Source: Alphaproteobacteria bacterium
Lineage (GTDB): Bacteria > Pseudomonadota > Alphaproteobacteria > Micropepsales > Micropepsaceae
Length of the DNA stretch: 37,156 nt
Assembly (NCBI GenBank): GCA_947379335.1
Contig: CANCMM010000001.1
Span: 1 to 37,156, forward strand
Direction of reading: 5' to 3'
In this document: one piece after another, positions 26,256 to 35,627 of the stretch
How the letters are laid out: each line of letters begins with the position of its first letter
Numbering within the stretch: position 1 is the first letter of the stretch
Notes under the pieces: generated by a model
Told to the model about the DNA's origin: nothing
The model's input: the letters and a program-made list of their open reading frames with translations, nothing else
The model's database searches: none
Position numbers and translations under genes: made by a program

Positions 26256-29200
26256 CTAGTACGCGTAGCGCAGGCCCAGGAAATAGTTCGAGCCGGTATA
26301 GTGGTTGTAATACAGCCGCTGGCCGATGGAATCCGCCAGCTGGGTGCTGGACTGGTTGGTCAGGTTGATGCCGTCGAAGGTGACGGTGAAGTTGTCGTCG
26401 ATCCGGTAGCTCGCCGAGGCGTCGATGTTCAGGGTCGAAGGGTTGGTCAGGAAGTCGTTCAGGTTGCCCGGATTGACGCCGCCCGCCGGAATGTACTTGC
26501 TGCGGAACGAGGCGGTGCCGCGCACTTCCAGCACGCTGTCATCGTAATACAGCGTGGCGCTGTAGGAGGTGCGCGACAGGCCCGTCAGGTCGGTCTTGGC
26601 GAAGATCGAGCCGTCGGCATTGTAGTAATTCTGCTGCGCCTGCACGAAGGTGACGTTGCCGGTGAAGCCCGTGTTGGCCAACGGCCCGGGCAGGAAGTCG
26701 AACGGCTGCTGCAGCGAGATTTCCGTGCCGTAGAGCGGCGCGCCCTTGGTGTTGATCGGCTTTTGGAAGGACCAGATCGCCGCCTCGTTGCACCCGGTGG
26801 CCGGCGGCGCAACATACGCCACGCCACAGCCCGCGATCGCCAGGCTGTTGGGCACGCCGTCGGTGTTGGTGTTGAACGGAATGTTCTGCCGCAATGTCTG
26901 GATCAGCGTATCCAGGTGCTTGTAGAAGAACGAGACTGAAAACAGCGAACCCTTGTGGTAATACCATTCGAACGACAGGTCCGCCGTCTTGGCCCGGTAC
27001 GGGTTCAGGTTGGGATTGTTCTCGGTGACGTTGAAGTTGGAGCCCGTCACCGTGGCGGTGGCGCCGCCCGGCAACAGGCTGCCCAGATCGGGACGCGCCA
27101 TCACAAAGGCCGCGCCGCCGCGGATCAGGAAGTTGTCGGCCGGCTCCAGCACCGCATTCACCGACGGCAGGAAGTCGTGATAGGTGCGCGACAGCTGCGT
27201 GGTGATGATCGACTTGGCGACCGGATCGAAGCTGTAGCCTGTGGAATTCTGGGTGGTCTCGACATAACGGCCGCCGATATTGCCGCGGAAGGGCACGCCA
27301 TAGAATTGCGTATTCCAGTCGGCCTGGATCCAGCCGCCGATATCGCTTTCATGCACGATGCCGTTCTGGCTGAGGAACTGCCCCGGACCTTGCTGGAAGG
27401 CGCCGCAGCCCGGCGACACATTGCACGGCGCCGCGCCGGCCGACTGCACGGTCTGGAAGGAGGTCGGGTTGAAGATCTGGAACTGGTTGTTGAAGCCGTT
27501 GATGTTGGGGACCGCCCAGACGGTGGGCGTGCCGGCCCCGGCGGCGATGCCATGCAGGTTGACCAGCTGGGTGTTGGCCGCCAATGCCGCGTTGGTGGCG
27601 ATGGCCGCGGGGATCACATTGTCCTGGCTGGCGGTGGTGCCGTTGGTGCGCGCCGTGATGGTCGCGCTGTAGCCGTAATTCTTGTAATCGATGCCGCCCT
27701 TGACGTTCAGCCAGTCGAACGCCTTCCAGGCAAAGTCAGCCTGGATGGTGCGGTAACTGTTATGGACGTAGTTCTGGCGCTCGCGGATCTGTGACAGGAA
27801 CCAGCCATTGGTGTTGGTCACGTCGACATTGCCGTAAGTCAGGGCCGGAAGCCGGCTCAGGTCCCCGCGATAATCGAACGAATAGGGATTGGCCAGGCTG
27901 CCCGCGCCACCCGCCTGCCCGCCGGGGCAGCCTGCGGTGGTGCCGGTCGTAGAGGTGCCGGCCGTGCAGTTGTAATCCATCGTCAGGGTGGTCTGGATGG
28001 GATTGTTATGGTTGGACTGGGAGAAGCCCAACAGGCCGTGGATCTTGAACGTGTCACTGAACTGGTGATCGGCATCCAGCGTGATTTCGGTGAAGCGGGT
28101 GTCGAGATGGTCCAGGCGATGCTCGGACCGCAGCCCCACATTGGTGGCCTGCACATAGTTCAGATTGTTGGTGGTGGGATCGACGTTGTAATTCAGCACT
28201 CCGATGCTGCCCAGGCCCAGGATGGGCGCGCCCAGCCCCGCGATGGTGTTGCTGACATTGTTGTTGGAGAAGGATTCCGCCTCCAGATAGGCCTCGTTGC
28301 GCGTCACCGCGAAATCAGCGAACAGCGCATCCAGGGTGAAGAGCGTCGCATCGTCGGGCTGGTACTGCACAGACCCGGTCACGCCCAGGCGCTTTTCATG
28401 GTTGGTGATGTCGTCATAGCGGGGGAAGCGGGGATGGAACGCCTCGTTCACCACGTCGTAATTGTTGGGCAGGGTGCCCGAAACAAAGTTGGCGCCGTTG
28501 GCGAGCGAACCCACCGTCTGGCGATTGGGCGCGGTCGCCGACGCCGCGGTAAAGGCCTGGGTCGCGGCGGTTCCAGACAGCGCACCCGGCGGATTGAAGG
28601 CGACGTAACCGAAACGCTGGCCCGTGGCGCATTGCGAGGAGGCGCCCGGCACATTGGTGACGCAGCCGGCGATGTTGGGCTGGCCATGGCTGGCGCTCTG
28701 CGCGGTGTTGTCGTTCTGGAAACGCACCGAGCTGGAGCCGACTTCGTTGCTGTTCTGGATCTGGTAGGCGGCGGAAACCAGCACACCCAGCCGTCCGCCC
28801 ATGAAGGTGTCGGAGATCAGGCCGGCGAAACGCGGATTGAAGTTGCCGGACAGATCGTTGTAGCCCGCCTGCCCCGAGGTCACGAGGATGAAGCCCGGCT
28901 TGTCGAAGGGATGGGCGGTGTGCAGGTCGACCGTGGCGCCCAGCGAGCCTTCTTCCACTTCGGCCGAAGCAGTCTTGTGGACGGTGAGCTGGCTGAACAG
29001 TTCGGAGGCGAAAACATTGAAGTCGAAGGAGCGGCCACGATTGGCGCCGCCCGAAATGTCTTCCGCGCCGGTGGTGGCCAAGGCTTCCATGCCGTTGATG
29101 CGCACGCGGGTGAAGGTGGAGTTCAGGCCGCGCACCGAAATCTGGCGGCCCTCGCCCTGGTCACGCGCCAGGGTGATGCCGGGAATGCGCTGCAGCGATT

Positions 29201-29702
29201 CCGACACATTCAGGTCTGGAAACTTGGCGATGTCCTCAGCCAGGATGCTGTCGGACACGTCCAGCGACTGGCGCTTCATGTCCAGCGACTGTTCAAGGCT
29301 GGAACGGAAGCCGTTGACCACCACGGTTTCCACCGGAGCCGGGGCGCCGCCAGCGGTCTGCGGCGCCTGTTCGACCGCCCGGCGCATGAAAGGGCGGCGC
29401 ACGATCAGTCCGCTGGAGCCGTCGGAAACCACTTCCAGGTCGGTGCCGACCGTCAGCATGGACACCGCCTTGCGGGCGTCCATGTCGCCGGAAATCGCGG
29501 GCGCCTTCAGGCCTTCCACGGATTCAGGGGTGAAGAGGATGCTCTCGCCGGTCTTCTGCGCCACGCTGCGCAGTGCGTCGGACATGGGCTGCGCCTGCAG
29601 GGACAGCTTGGCGTCCTGCGCGGCGGCGGCGGCATTGATGGACAGGACGGCGGCAGTGCTGAACAGGACCGAGCGCAGCGCGCTCCAACGTGAAATCGCC
29701 AT
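26256..29702 (-). CDS. TonB-dependent transducer (N-terminal STN signalling domain) of the Xanthomonas/Caulobacter carbohydrate-associated receptor type
   Basis: Signal peptide; STN-like LQAQPMSDALRSVAQKTGESILF..APAISG; TonB box ETVVVNG; plug DSILAEDIAKFPDLNVSESLQRIPGI..GEGRQISVRGL; LPSVN, NPNLNPYRA; C-terminal YFLGLRYAY. Start MAISRW after GAGGGGAAG. Confidence 0.93.
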   Translation of the reverse strand: MAISRWSALRSVLFSTAAVLSINAAAAAQDAKLSLQAQPMSDALRSVAQKTGESILFTPESVEGLKAPAISGDMDARKAVSMLTVGTDLEVVSDGSSGLIVRRPFMRRAVEQAPQTAGGAPAPVETVVVNGFRSSLEQSLDMKRQSLDVSDSILAEDIAKFPDLNVSESLQRIPGITLARDQGEGRQISVRGLNSTFTRVRINGMEALATTGAEDISGGANRGRSFDFNVFASELFSQLTVHKTASAEVEEGSLGATVDLHTAHPFDKPGFILVTSGQAGYNDLSGNFNPRFAGLISDTFMGGRLGVLVSAAYQIQNSNEVGSSSVRFQNDNTAQSASHGQPNIAGCVTNVPGASSQCATGQRFGYVAFNPPGALSGTAATQAFTAASATAPNRQTVGSLANGANFVSGTLPNNYDVVNEAFHPRFPRYDDITNHEKRLGVTGSVQYQPDDATLFTLDALFADFAVTRNEAYLEAESFSNNNVSNTIAGLGAPILGLGSIGVLNYNVDPTTNNLNYVQATNVGLRSEHRLDHLDTRFTEITLDADHQFSDTFKIHGLLGFSQSNHNNPIQTTLTMDYNCTAGTSTTGTTAGCPGGQAGGAGSLANPYSFDYRGDLSRLPALTYGNVDVTNTNGWFLSQIRERQNYVHNSYRTIQADFAWKAFDWLNVKGGIDYKNYGYSATITARTNGTTASQDNVIPAAIATNAALAANTQLVNLHGIAAGAGTPTVWAVPNINGFNNQFQIFNPTSFQTVQSAGAAPCNVSPGCGAFQQGPGQFLSQNGIVHESDIGGWIQADWNTQFYGVPFRGNIGGRYVETTQNSTGYSFDPVAKSIITTQLSRTYHDFLPSVNAVLEPADNFLIRGGAAFVMARPDLGSLLPGGATATVTGSNFNVTENNPNLNPYRAKTADLSFEWYYHKGSLFSVSFFYKHLDTLIQTLRQNIPFNTNTDGVPNSLAIAGCGVAYVAPPATGCNEAAIWSFQKPINTKGAPLYGTEISLQQPFDFLPGPLANTGFTGNVTFVQAQQNYYNADGSIFAKTDLTGLSRTSYSATLYYDDSVLEVRGTASFRSKYIPAGGVNPGNLNDFLTNPSTLNIDASASYRIDDNFTVTFDGINLTNQSSTQLADSIGQRLYYNHYTGSNYFLGLRYAY

Positions 29703-29747
29703 ATCTTCCCCTCTGGCTTCGGCCGCTGACGGGCCGCTATGGAGAAC

Positions 29748-29773
29748 AGACGTTCGGGGCAATCACTTTCCCC
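29748..29773 (-). promoter_or_regulatory. Possible ECF-sigma promoter for the transducer
   Basis: Minus strand GGGGAA-N15-CGTCT in the fecR-receptor gap. Resembles generic ECF -35/-10 elements only. Confidence 0.3.
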
Positions 29774-29782
29774 ACCCCCTTT

Positions 29783-30733
29783 TCAGGGATCGCTATCGGC
29801 CGTGAGGATCAGGGTATCGCCCACCTGGCGGACATTGACGGGAAGCAGCTTGGAGAGTGCGCGCGCAAAGGCGGCATTATCCCCCACCCGGTACATGCCG
29901 CTGACCTTCAGGCCGGCCACGGCGGGCTCCACCGCAAGCTTGGCGGTGGAATAGCGGTTCATTTCCCCGACCGCCTGGGCCAGATCTTCCTTGTCGAACA
30001 TCTCATAGCCGGTCTGCCAGGCCAGGACATGGGACATTTCGGGTTTGTCGCGTTTTTCCACCTCGTTGGATGCCACAAGCCTGTCGCCGGCCTTGAGCCG
30101 TTCGCCCTCGCCGCCCCCGGCCGCGGCCGGTTTCACATCGGCCTCGCCATGGATCAGCACCACCTGGACCTTGCCGTCTTCGCAGCGCACATCGAAATTG
30201 CAGCGGGTGGCCACGATCTTGTGCTGGGCCGCCTCGACGATGAAAGGCCGCGCCGGGTCGGGCACGACGCGGAAATTGGCCCGGCCATATTGCATGTCCA
30301 CGGTGCGGGCGGTTTCGCTGAAGGACACGGATATGCGGGTCTGGGCGTCCAGGAAAAGCTGGCTGCCGTCATCCAGCGACACATGCTTCTGTTCGCCCAC
30401 GTCGGTCTCATAAACCTTGGCGCTGGCCGAGCGCCAGAACAGGCCGCTGCCACCAGCGACCGCCAGAAGGCCTACACCCGCCAGAAGCGCGCGGCGGCTG
30501 GCCATCGAACGGGTGCGCGGGGTGCGGCGAAAATCGGCGCGCAGGTCGGTCAATCCGCCCACATCGCTCCAGGTCCGGTCGACCGCCTCAAAGGCGATTC
30601 CATGTTCAGGCCGGGCGGCCAGCCAGGCGCGAAACGCGGCCTCGTCGGTGCTATCGCGGTCCTCGGCATGCAACCGGGCCACCCATGCGGCTGCCTCCGC
30701 CCTGGTTTCGGGTGACGGCACAGGCTCGTGCAT
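29783..30733 (-). CDS. FecR-family anti-sigma/transmembrane sensor
   Basis: AEAAAWVARL..FRAWLAA.PEH..AF, SRRALL plus TM helix, YETDVGEQKHVSLDDGSQLFLD, RPFIVEA, LAWQTG..F....L..AV.EMNRY, LKVSGMY. Start may instead be 30742. Confidence 0.93.
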   Translation of the reverse strand: MHEPVPSPETRAEAAAWVARLHAEDRDSTDEAAFRAWLAARPEHGIAFEAVDRTWSDVGGLTDLRADFRRTPRTRSMASRRALLAGVGLLAVAGGSGLFWRSASAKVYETDVGEQKHVSLDDGSQLFLDAQTRISVSFSETARTVDMQYGRANFRVVPDPARPFIVEAAQHKIVATRCNFDVRCEDGKVQVVLIHGEADVKPAAAGGGEGERLKAGDRLVASNEVEKRDKPEMSHVLAWQTGYEMFDKEDLAQAVGEMNRYSTAKLAVEPAVAGLKVSGMYRVGDNAAFARALSKLLPVNVRQVGDTLILTADSDP

Positions 30734-30735
30734 CC

Positions 30736-31218
30736 TCACCATCCCTGCGTCCATTCGGTGAGAAACAGGGCGGCCTTGGCGATGTGTTTTTCCACCGCGC
30801 TCTGGCTGATTCCCAGCTGCGCGGCGATTTCGCGGTACTTCATGTCATCAAGCCGGTGCATCAGGAATACTTCGCGGGTGCGTGGTGTCAGGCGGGACAG
30901 CCCCTCCCGGACCCTGTCTAGACGAGCGCGGGAGGCTAAAACCTCATCCTGCAGGGGCGAATTTTCCCGTGCCCCCGCCTCTTCGGGGGTGACATCGGCG
31001 ATGAAACGGTCGTGCCGGTAGTTGTCAACGCCGATGTTGACGGCCGTGCGCACCAGGAAAGCGCCAACATTTTCAACTGTCTGCTGGGCCCGGTAGCGCA
31101 GCAGGCGCAGATAGGCGGCGTGCAGAAGCTCTTCGGGATCGGCGCGGCCGCGGGTTCGCGTGCGCACTTCCCTGATCAGCCTGTTCCAGAATTCGCGGTT
31201 TACCGGAATGTCGGACAT
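30736..31218 (-). CDS. ECF RNA polymerase sigma factor, FecI-like
   Basis: Start MSDIPV after GGGGGAG; region 2 EELLHAAYLRL..AFLVRTAVN..VD.YR; region 4 LSRLTPRTREVFLMHRLDDMKYREIAAQLGISQSAVEKHIAKA. Confidence 0.93.
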   Translation of the reverse strand: MSDIPVNREFWNRLIREVRTRTRGRADPEELLHAAYLRLLRYRAQQTVENVGAFLVRTAVNIGVDNYRHDRFIADVTPEEAGARENSPLQDEVLASRARLDRVREGLSRLTPRTREVFLMHRLDDMKYREIAAQLGISQSAVEKHIAKAALFLTEWTQGW

Positions 31219-31515
31219 GGCTCCCCCGAGCCGGACAACTATAACGCCCAAAAATTCACCTGCGCAAACCTGCGCCTTGCAGCTGCGCAAAGGCCAATGC
31301 CATTCCGGCATTGATAACGCTGTTGCAGTGCAGTGCGGCATGACCGGAAAAGTAAATGCGCGCCAGATGCGTTTGCCTGTTTGCGAGGCAAATCCCCGTG
31401 ATTGTTATTCTTTTTAACGCCGCCCGCGCATTTTGTTCTGCGCGCCAACCCGGCGCGGGTGTAGATTCTGTATCAACAAATCCGCGGCACGACGGATCCC
31501 TTCAGGGAGTGTTCC

Positions 31516-32079
31516 ATGAAACTGCTTCTCACCGCGGCGGGTCTCGCCGCACTGCTGGCCTCGTCTGCGCAGGCCGCGCCCGAAATCCAGCAGGTCATCT
31601 ACAATGTCAGCGCTGCCACCCGATGCTCGGACGCCGCCGCCGGTTTTGGCGAACTCAAGATCGGTCTTGCCGCCTGCGACGTCGCGCTGAAAGACCCCCA
31701 CATGATCCATGTCGCCGAACTGATGGTGGACCGCGGCGTAATCCAGGCGCGGCTGGGCGACAATGCGGCGGCACTCAGCGATTATAACGGCGCCATCGCG
31801 CTGAATGGCGAATTGGGCGATGCCTATATCAGCCGCGCCGGCGTGCTGGTAGCGATGAAACGCTATGACGAAGCCCGGACCGATATCGCCGCTGGACTGG
31901 CGCTGAACCCCAGCAATTTGCATACGGCCTATTACAGCCGCGCCGTGATCGAGGAAGAAAGCGGCGACGTGAAGGCCGCGTACCGGGACTACAACCAGGC
32001 GCTGGCGATCAAGCCGGACTTCGCACCGGCCAGCCGCGAACTGTCACGCTTTAGGCGCGTGACCCCGTCGCGGGGCTGA
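31516..32079 (+). CDS. Secreted tetratricopeptide-repeat protein
   Basis: GGGAG RBS; signal peptide; three TPR-like units (RGVIQARLGDNAAALSDYNGAIALN, AYISRAGVL..YDEARTDI..GLALNP, AYYSRA..GDVKAAYRDYNQALAIKP). Confidence 0.85.
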   Translation: MKLLLTAAGLAALLASSAQAAPEIQQVIYNVSAATRCSDAAAGFGELKIGLAACDVALKDPHMIHVAELMVDRGVIQARLGDNAAALSDYNGAIALNGELGDAYISRAGVLVAMKRYDEARTDIAAGLALNPSNLHTAYYSRAVIEEESGDVKAAYRDYNQALAIKPDFAPASRELSRFRRVTPSRG

Positions 32080-32115
32080 AACAGCAAACGTCCGTTTAAA
32101 GGGCGAGCATAAAAC

Positions 32116-32153
32116 TCCGCTGCGGGGGAACCCCCGTGGCGGATTTTCTTTTT
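32116..32153 (+). terminator. Rho-independent terminator between the convergent TPR and M28 genes (possibly bidirectional)
   Basis: Stem TCCGCTGCGGGG/CCCCGTGGCGGA with two G-U pairs, followed by TTTTCTTTTT. AAAA on the upstream side. Confidence 0.8.
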
Positions 32154-32163
32154 AGACAGACGA

Positions 32164-33738
32164 TTAGTCCTTGCGGAAAATGCTGTCCGGCAAAAATCGC
32201 GGACGCATCCCGGCATTGGCGACGCGGGTGGTGATGGCAGCAACAAAGGCGTCCAGCTTCACCGCCTCGTCCTTCAGGATCGGCTGCTCCAGGTCGTCAG
32301 ACGGGGAATGATAGCGGTTGGCGCGCCAGTCATGCTCGATGGCGAATTCCGGCGTATCCTTGGCGAAGCCGAACTTGAACACCAGCGCCGGCACGCCCTG
32401 GCGCACAAAGCTGAACTGGTCGGTGCGGATGAAGACGTTGCGATCCGGCAGCGGGTCCGGCACGGTCTGCAAGCCTTGCTCCACTGCCACCGCACGCATG
32501 TCAGCACCCAGGCTGCTTTCATCCTGGCCCGGTGCATAGACGCTTTTGAGCGGCCATAGCGGCAGTGGCATGTCGAAATTCAGGTCCGCCACGATACTGC
32601 CCTTTGGCACCGTGGGACGGCGGGCATAATAGCTGGAGCCGAGCAGGCCCTTTTCCTCGGCAGTGAACAGCAGAAACAGAATGGAACGCTTGGGCCTCGC
32701 GGCCGTCTTGAGGCGATGGGCGATGTCCAGCACGGTGGCGACGCCGGAGGCATCATCCATCGCGCCATTGTAGATCGCATCGCCCTTGATGGGTGCACCG
32801 ATGCCCAGATGATCCAGGTGCGCGGACACCGCGACATATTCCGACTTCAGCTTCGGGTCACTGCCCTCCAGCTTGGCCACGATGTTGGGCGAGGTCAGCA
32901 AGCTGTGCTTTGTGACGATGCTGGCTTTGAGGCGCAAGGGCAGCGAAAAACGCGGCACCGGCTTGGAGCTGTCTGCCAGCGCCGCCAGTTCGGCGAAGCT
33001 GTGGCCGCTTCCTTTCAACAAGGCTTCGGACTTGCCGGGATCGAAGGTGGCGGTGAAGAAAGCGCCCTTGGTGTCGCGCAAGGCCCCGTCGGCCAGGTAC
33101 ATGCCGGGCCCGCGCGCCAGCAGCTTCTGGCGCTCCCAGGCGATTTCCACCTGCTTTTGTGTGGTGAGTGCGATCACGCCCAGCGCGCCCAGCTTGCCCA
33201 GCTCTTCGTTGCGCTCGAAGCGGGCGTTGGACTTGATGGCGCCGGAAATGTCGGCCGGACCGCCGGTGATCACCACCACGATCTTGCCTTTCAGATCCTG
33301 GCCGGCGAAATCGTCGTAACCCTGCTTGGGCAAATGCAGGCCATAGCCGATGAAAACCAGCGGCGCATCCACCGTCTCGGGGCGCGGGCCGCCGCCGGCG
33401 GTGATCAGCATCTCGTCGCCGACTTTCAGCGGCGTGGACACGCCATCCGCCGCCAGTTCGGCCTTGCTGGCGTCCTGATCGACAAGCTGCTGCTCGAACG
33501 AGACCGGCTGCAGGTAACCGTCCATACCGGCAGGCTTTAGGCCCTCTTCCTTCAGCCGCGAAATCACATAAGCCGCAGCCCGGTCATAGCCCGGCGAGCC
33601 GGTGAGTCTTCCTTCCATCCCGTCATTGGCCAGCGCGCTGACATCGGCCCACCATTGCGCCGCGGCGTCCGCCGCCAGAGCGGGTACCGGCAGCGCCAGC
33701 ATGAAATAAAACAATACAGCGCGCGGTGACGTGAACAT
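32164..33738 (-). CDS. Secreted M28-family metallopeptidase with PA domain
   Basis: Likely start MFTSPR at 33738 (the upstream part of the 1146-aa ORF is antisense shadow). LANDGMEGRLTGSPG, APLVFIGYG, SAHLDHLG, NGAMDDASG, FTAEEKGLLGS, NFDM, RTDQFSF, YHSPSDD. Confidence 0.93.
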   Translation of the reverse strand: MFTSPRAVLFYFMLALPVPALAADAAAQWWADVSALANDGMEGRLTGSPGYDRAAAYVISRLKEEGLKPAGMDGYLQPVSFEQQLVDQDASKAELAADGVSTPLKVGDEMLITAGGGPRPETVDAPLVFIGYGLHLPKQGYDDFAGQDLKGKIVVVITGGPADISGAIKSNARFERNEELGKLGALGVIALTTQKQVEIAWERQKLLARGPGMYLADGALRDTKGAFFTATFDPGKSEALLKGSGHSFAELAALADSSKPVPRFSLPLRLKASIVTKHSLLTSPNIVAKLEGSDPKLKSEYVAVSAHLDHLGIGAPIKGDAIYNGAMDDASGVATVLDIAHRLKTAARPKRSILFLLFTAEEKGLLGSSYYARRPTVPKGSIVADLNFDMPLPLWPLKSVYAPGQDESSLGADMRAVAVEQGLQTVPDPLPDRNVFIRTDQFSFVRQGVPALVFKFGFAKDTPEFAIEHDWRANRYHSPSDDLEQPILKDEAVKLDAFVAAITTRVANAGMRPRFLPDSIFRKD

Positions 33739-34032
33739 CGTGATCCTGATCGCAGGTGACCTGGCGACCGTGCCACGCGCGCCAAGAGGCTGCAAAGAGG
33801 CGCGACCTGACATTTCTGTTGCCGCCCCGAAAGGCAGCATGCTGGCGCACATTTGGGCAAAAGTATTTTCGCGAAGCCACGTTGCACCTGCACAGTGCCA
33901 CCGCTTTAATCCTTGCACGGCCGGGGAAGAATCGCGCGCCGCAAGTGCCGGAACAGGCGCAAAACGGGGATTTTCCAGGACGGGATCGGTGTCGCGCTTT
34001 GCGGCACATAACCAGCGTCTGGGAGAAAGCCT

Positions 34033-35625
34033 TTGACCGACCAACCGATCGCCCCCAGCCGGCGCTCTCTTCTCAACATGATCGGCCTCGCCGCGGGTAC
34101 GACGGCGATGTACCACGCCATGACCCAGATGGCCCTGGCCGACACCTCGACCTTCAAGGGACCGATCAAGCTGTCGCCGCCGCCCGCCGGCGCCTCGGTG
34201 CTGGTGTTGGGCGCCGGCATCGCCGGCATGGTCGCGGCCATGGAGCTGCGCGACGCCGAATATAAGGTCACGGTGCTGGAATATAATGGCCGCCCCGGCG
34301 GGCGGAACTGGTCGCTCTATGGCGGCGACACCTATACCGAACTGGGCGGCGCCACCCAGCATGTGCAGTTCGATCCCGGCCAGTACATCAATCCCGGCCC
34401 CTGGCGCCTGCCCTATCACCATCAGGGCATCCTGCACTACGTGAACCGGCTGAACGTGGCTTTGGAGCCCTTCACCCAGGTCAACTACAACGCCTATGTC
34501 CATTCCACCACCGCTTTTGACGGCAAGCCGCAGCGCTATCGCACGGTGCAGGCCGACTTTTATGGCCAGGTGGCCGAACTGATGTCCAAAAGCACCAAGC
34601 AGGGTGCGCTGGATCAGGATGTGACCAAGCAGGATCGTGAAATCCTGATCAACGCGCTGAAAGAATGGGGCGCGCTGGATGCCGACAACAAATACGCCAC
34701 CGGCCTGGAAGCGGGCGAACGCCGCGGCTTTGCCAGCGATCCGGGCGGCGGGCTGAACAGCGTGGCCATCGCGGGCAAGCGCATCGAGATGGGCGACCTG
34801 CTCAAGTCCGGCCTGTGGTCGGCGATCGGCGCCGGCCTCGCCTATGACATGCAAAGCACGATCTTCCAGCCCAAGGGCGGCATGGGCCAGGTCGGAAAGG
34901 CCTTCGGCAAGGCGCTGGAGCCGCTGATCCAGTACAATTGCAAGGTCATCGACATCAAGCAGGGCGACAAGGGCGTCACCGCCACCTATATCGACTCCCG
35001 CACCGGCGGCACGCCCAAGACCGCGTCCGCGGACTGGTGCGTCTGCACCATCCCCGCCTCGGTGCTCAGCCAGATCCCGATGAATGTCGGCGGCCCGATG
35101 AAGGCGGCGATCAACCAGATCCCCTATATGGCGGCGCTGAAGGTCGGCCTGCAGATGAAGCGGCGTTTCTGGGAACAGGACGAGCATATCTATGGCGGCG
35201 TGACCTACACCAACCAGCCCAACACCATGATCGGCTACCCCCAGTGGGACTTCTTCTCCAAGGGCAAGGGCGTGCTGCTGGGTTCCTATTGCTTCGGCAC
35301 CCCGGCCTATATCGCCGCGGCCAAGCCGCCGGAAGAGCGCATCAAGGACGCGCTGGAATACGGCGCCAGAATCCATCCACAATACAAAGACGAATTCGAG
35401 ACCGGCGTGGCGGTTGCCTGGCACCGCGTACCCTGGACGCTTGGCTGCGCCGGTTTCTGGACCGAGGAAGCCCGCGCCAAGCATTACGACAATCTCTGCG
35501 CCGTTGACGGGCGCATCGTGCTGGCGGGCGAACATGCCTCGCGCATTCCCGCCTGGCAGGAAGGCGCCGTGACCAGCGCGCTGGATGCCATTGAACGCCT
35601 CCACAAGAAAGCGATGAGCGCCTGA
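34033..35625 (+). CDS. Tat-exported flavin amine oxidoreductase, L-amino-acid oxidase-like (copy 1)
   Basis: TTG start after GGGAGA; SRRSLL Tat motif; VLVLGAGIAG, LEYNGRPGGR, NPGPWRLP, FQPKGGMG, VCTIP, KVGLQMKRRFW, LAGEHAS..PAWQEGA. Confidence 0.92.
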   Translation: MTDQPIAPSRRSLLNMIGLAAGTTAMYHAMTQMALADTSTFKGPIKLSPPPAGASVLVLGAGIAGMVAAMELRDAEYKVTVLEYNGRPGGRNWSLYGGDTYTELGGATQHVQFDPGQYINPGPWRLPYHHQGILHYVNRLNVALEPFTQVNYNAYVHSTTAFDGKPQRYRTVQADFYGQVAELMSKSTKQGALDQDVTKQDREILINALKEWGALDADNKYATGLEAGERRGFASDPGGGLNSVAIAGKRIEMGDLLKSGLWSAIGAGLAYDMQSTIFQPKGGMGQVGKAFGKALEPLIQYNCKVIDIKQGDKGVTATYIDSRTGGTPKTASADWCVCTIPASVLSQIPMNVGGPMKAAINQIPYMAALKVGLQMKRRFWEQDEHIYGGVTYTNQPNTMIGYPQWDFFSKGKGVLLGSYCFGTPAYIAAAKPPEERIKDALEYGARIHPQYKDEFETGVAVAWHRVPWTLGCAGFWTEEARAKHYDNLCAVDGRIVLAGEHASRIPAWQEGAVTSALDAIERLHKKAMSA

Positions 35626-35627
35626 TC

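Noticed and set aside
31306-31328. GCATTGATAACGCTGTTGCA as a Fur box for the ECF sigma gene
   Set aside because: About 10 of 19 matches to the classical box, and the half-site spacing does not fit the palindrome at 2479-2499. Not supportable, though not excluded.
31360-31400. GGCAAA-containing hairpin as a c-di-GMP riboswitch
   Set aside because: No second stem with the tetraloop/receptor arrangement could be built by eye; an Rfam scan would settle it.
33881-33900. TGGCAC on the minus strand as a sigma54 promoter
   Set aside because: No GC at the required -12 position.
33739-35604. N-terminal 622 aa of the 1146-aa ORF, suggesting a giant fusion peptidase
   Set aside because: Antisense to the flavoprotein gene; the peptidase has its own signal peptide beginning at 33738.
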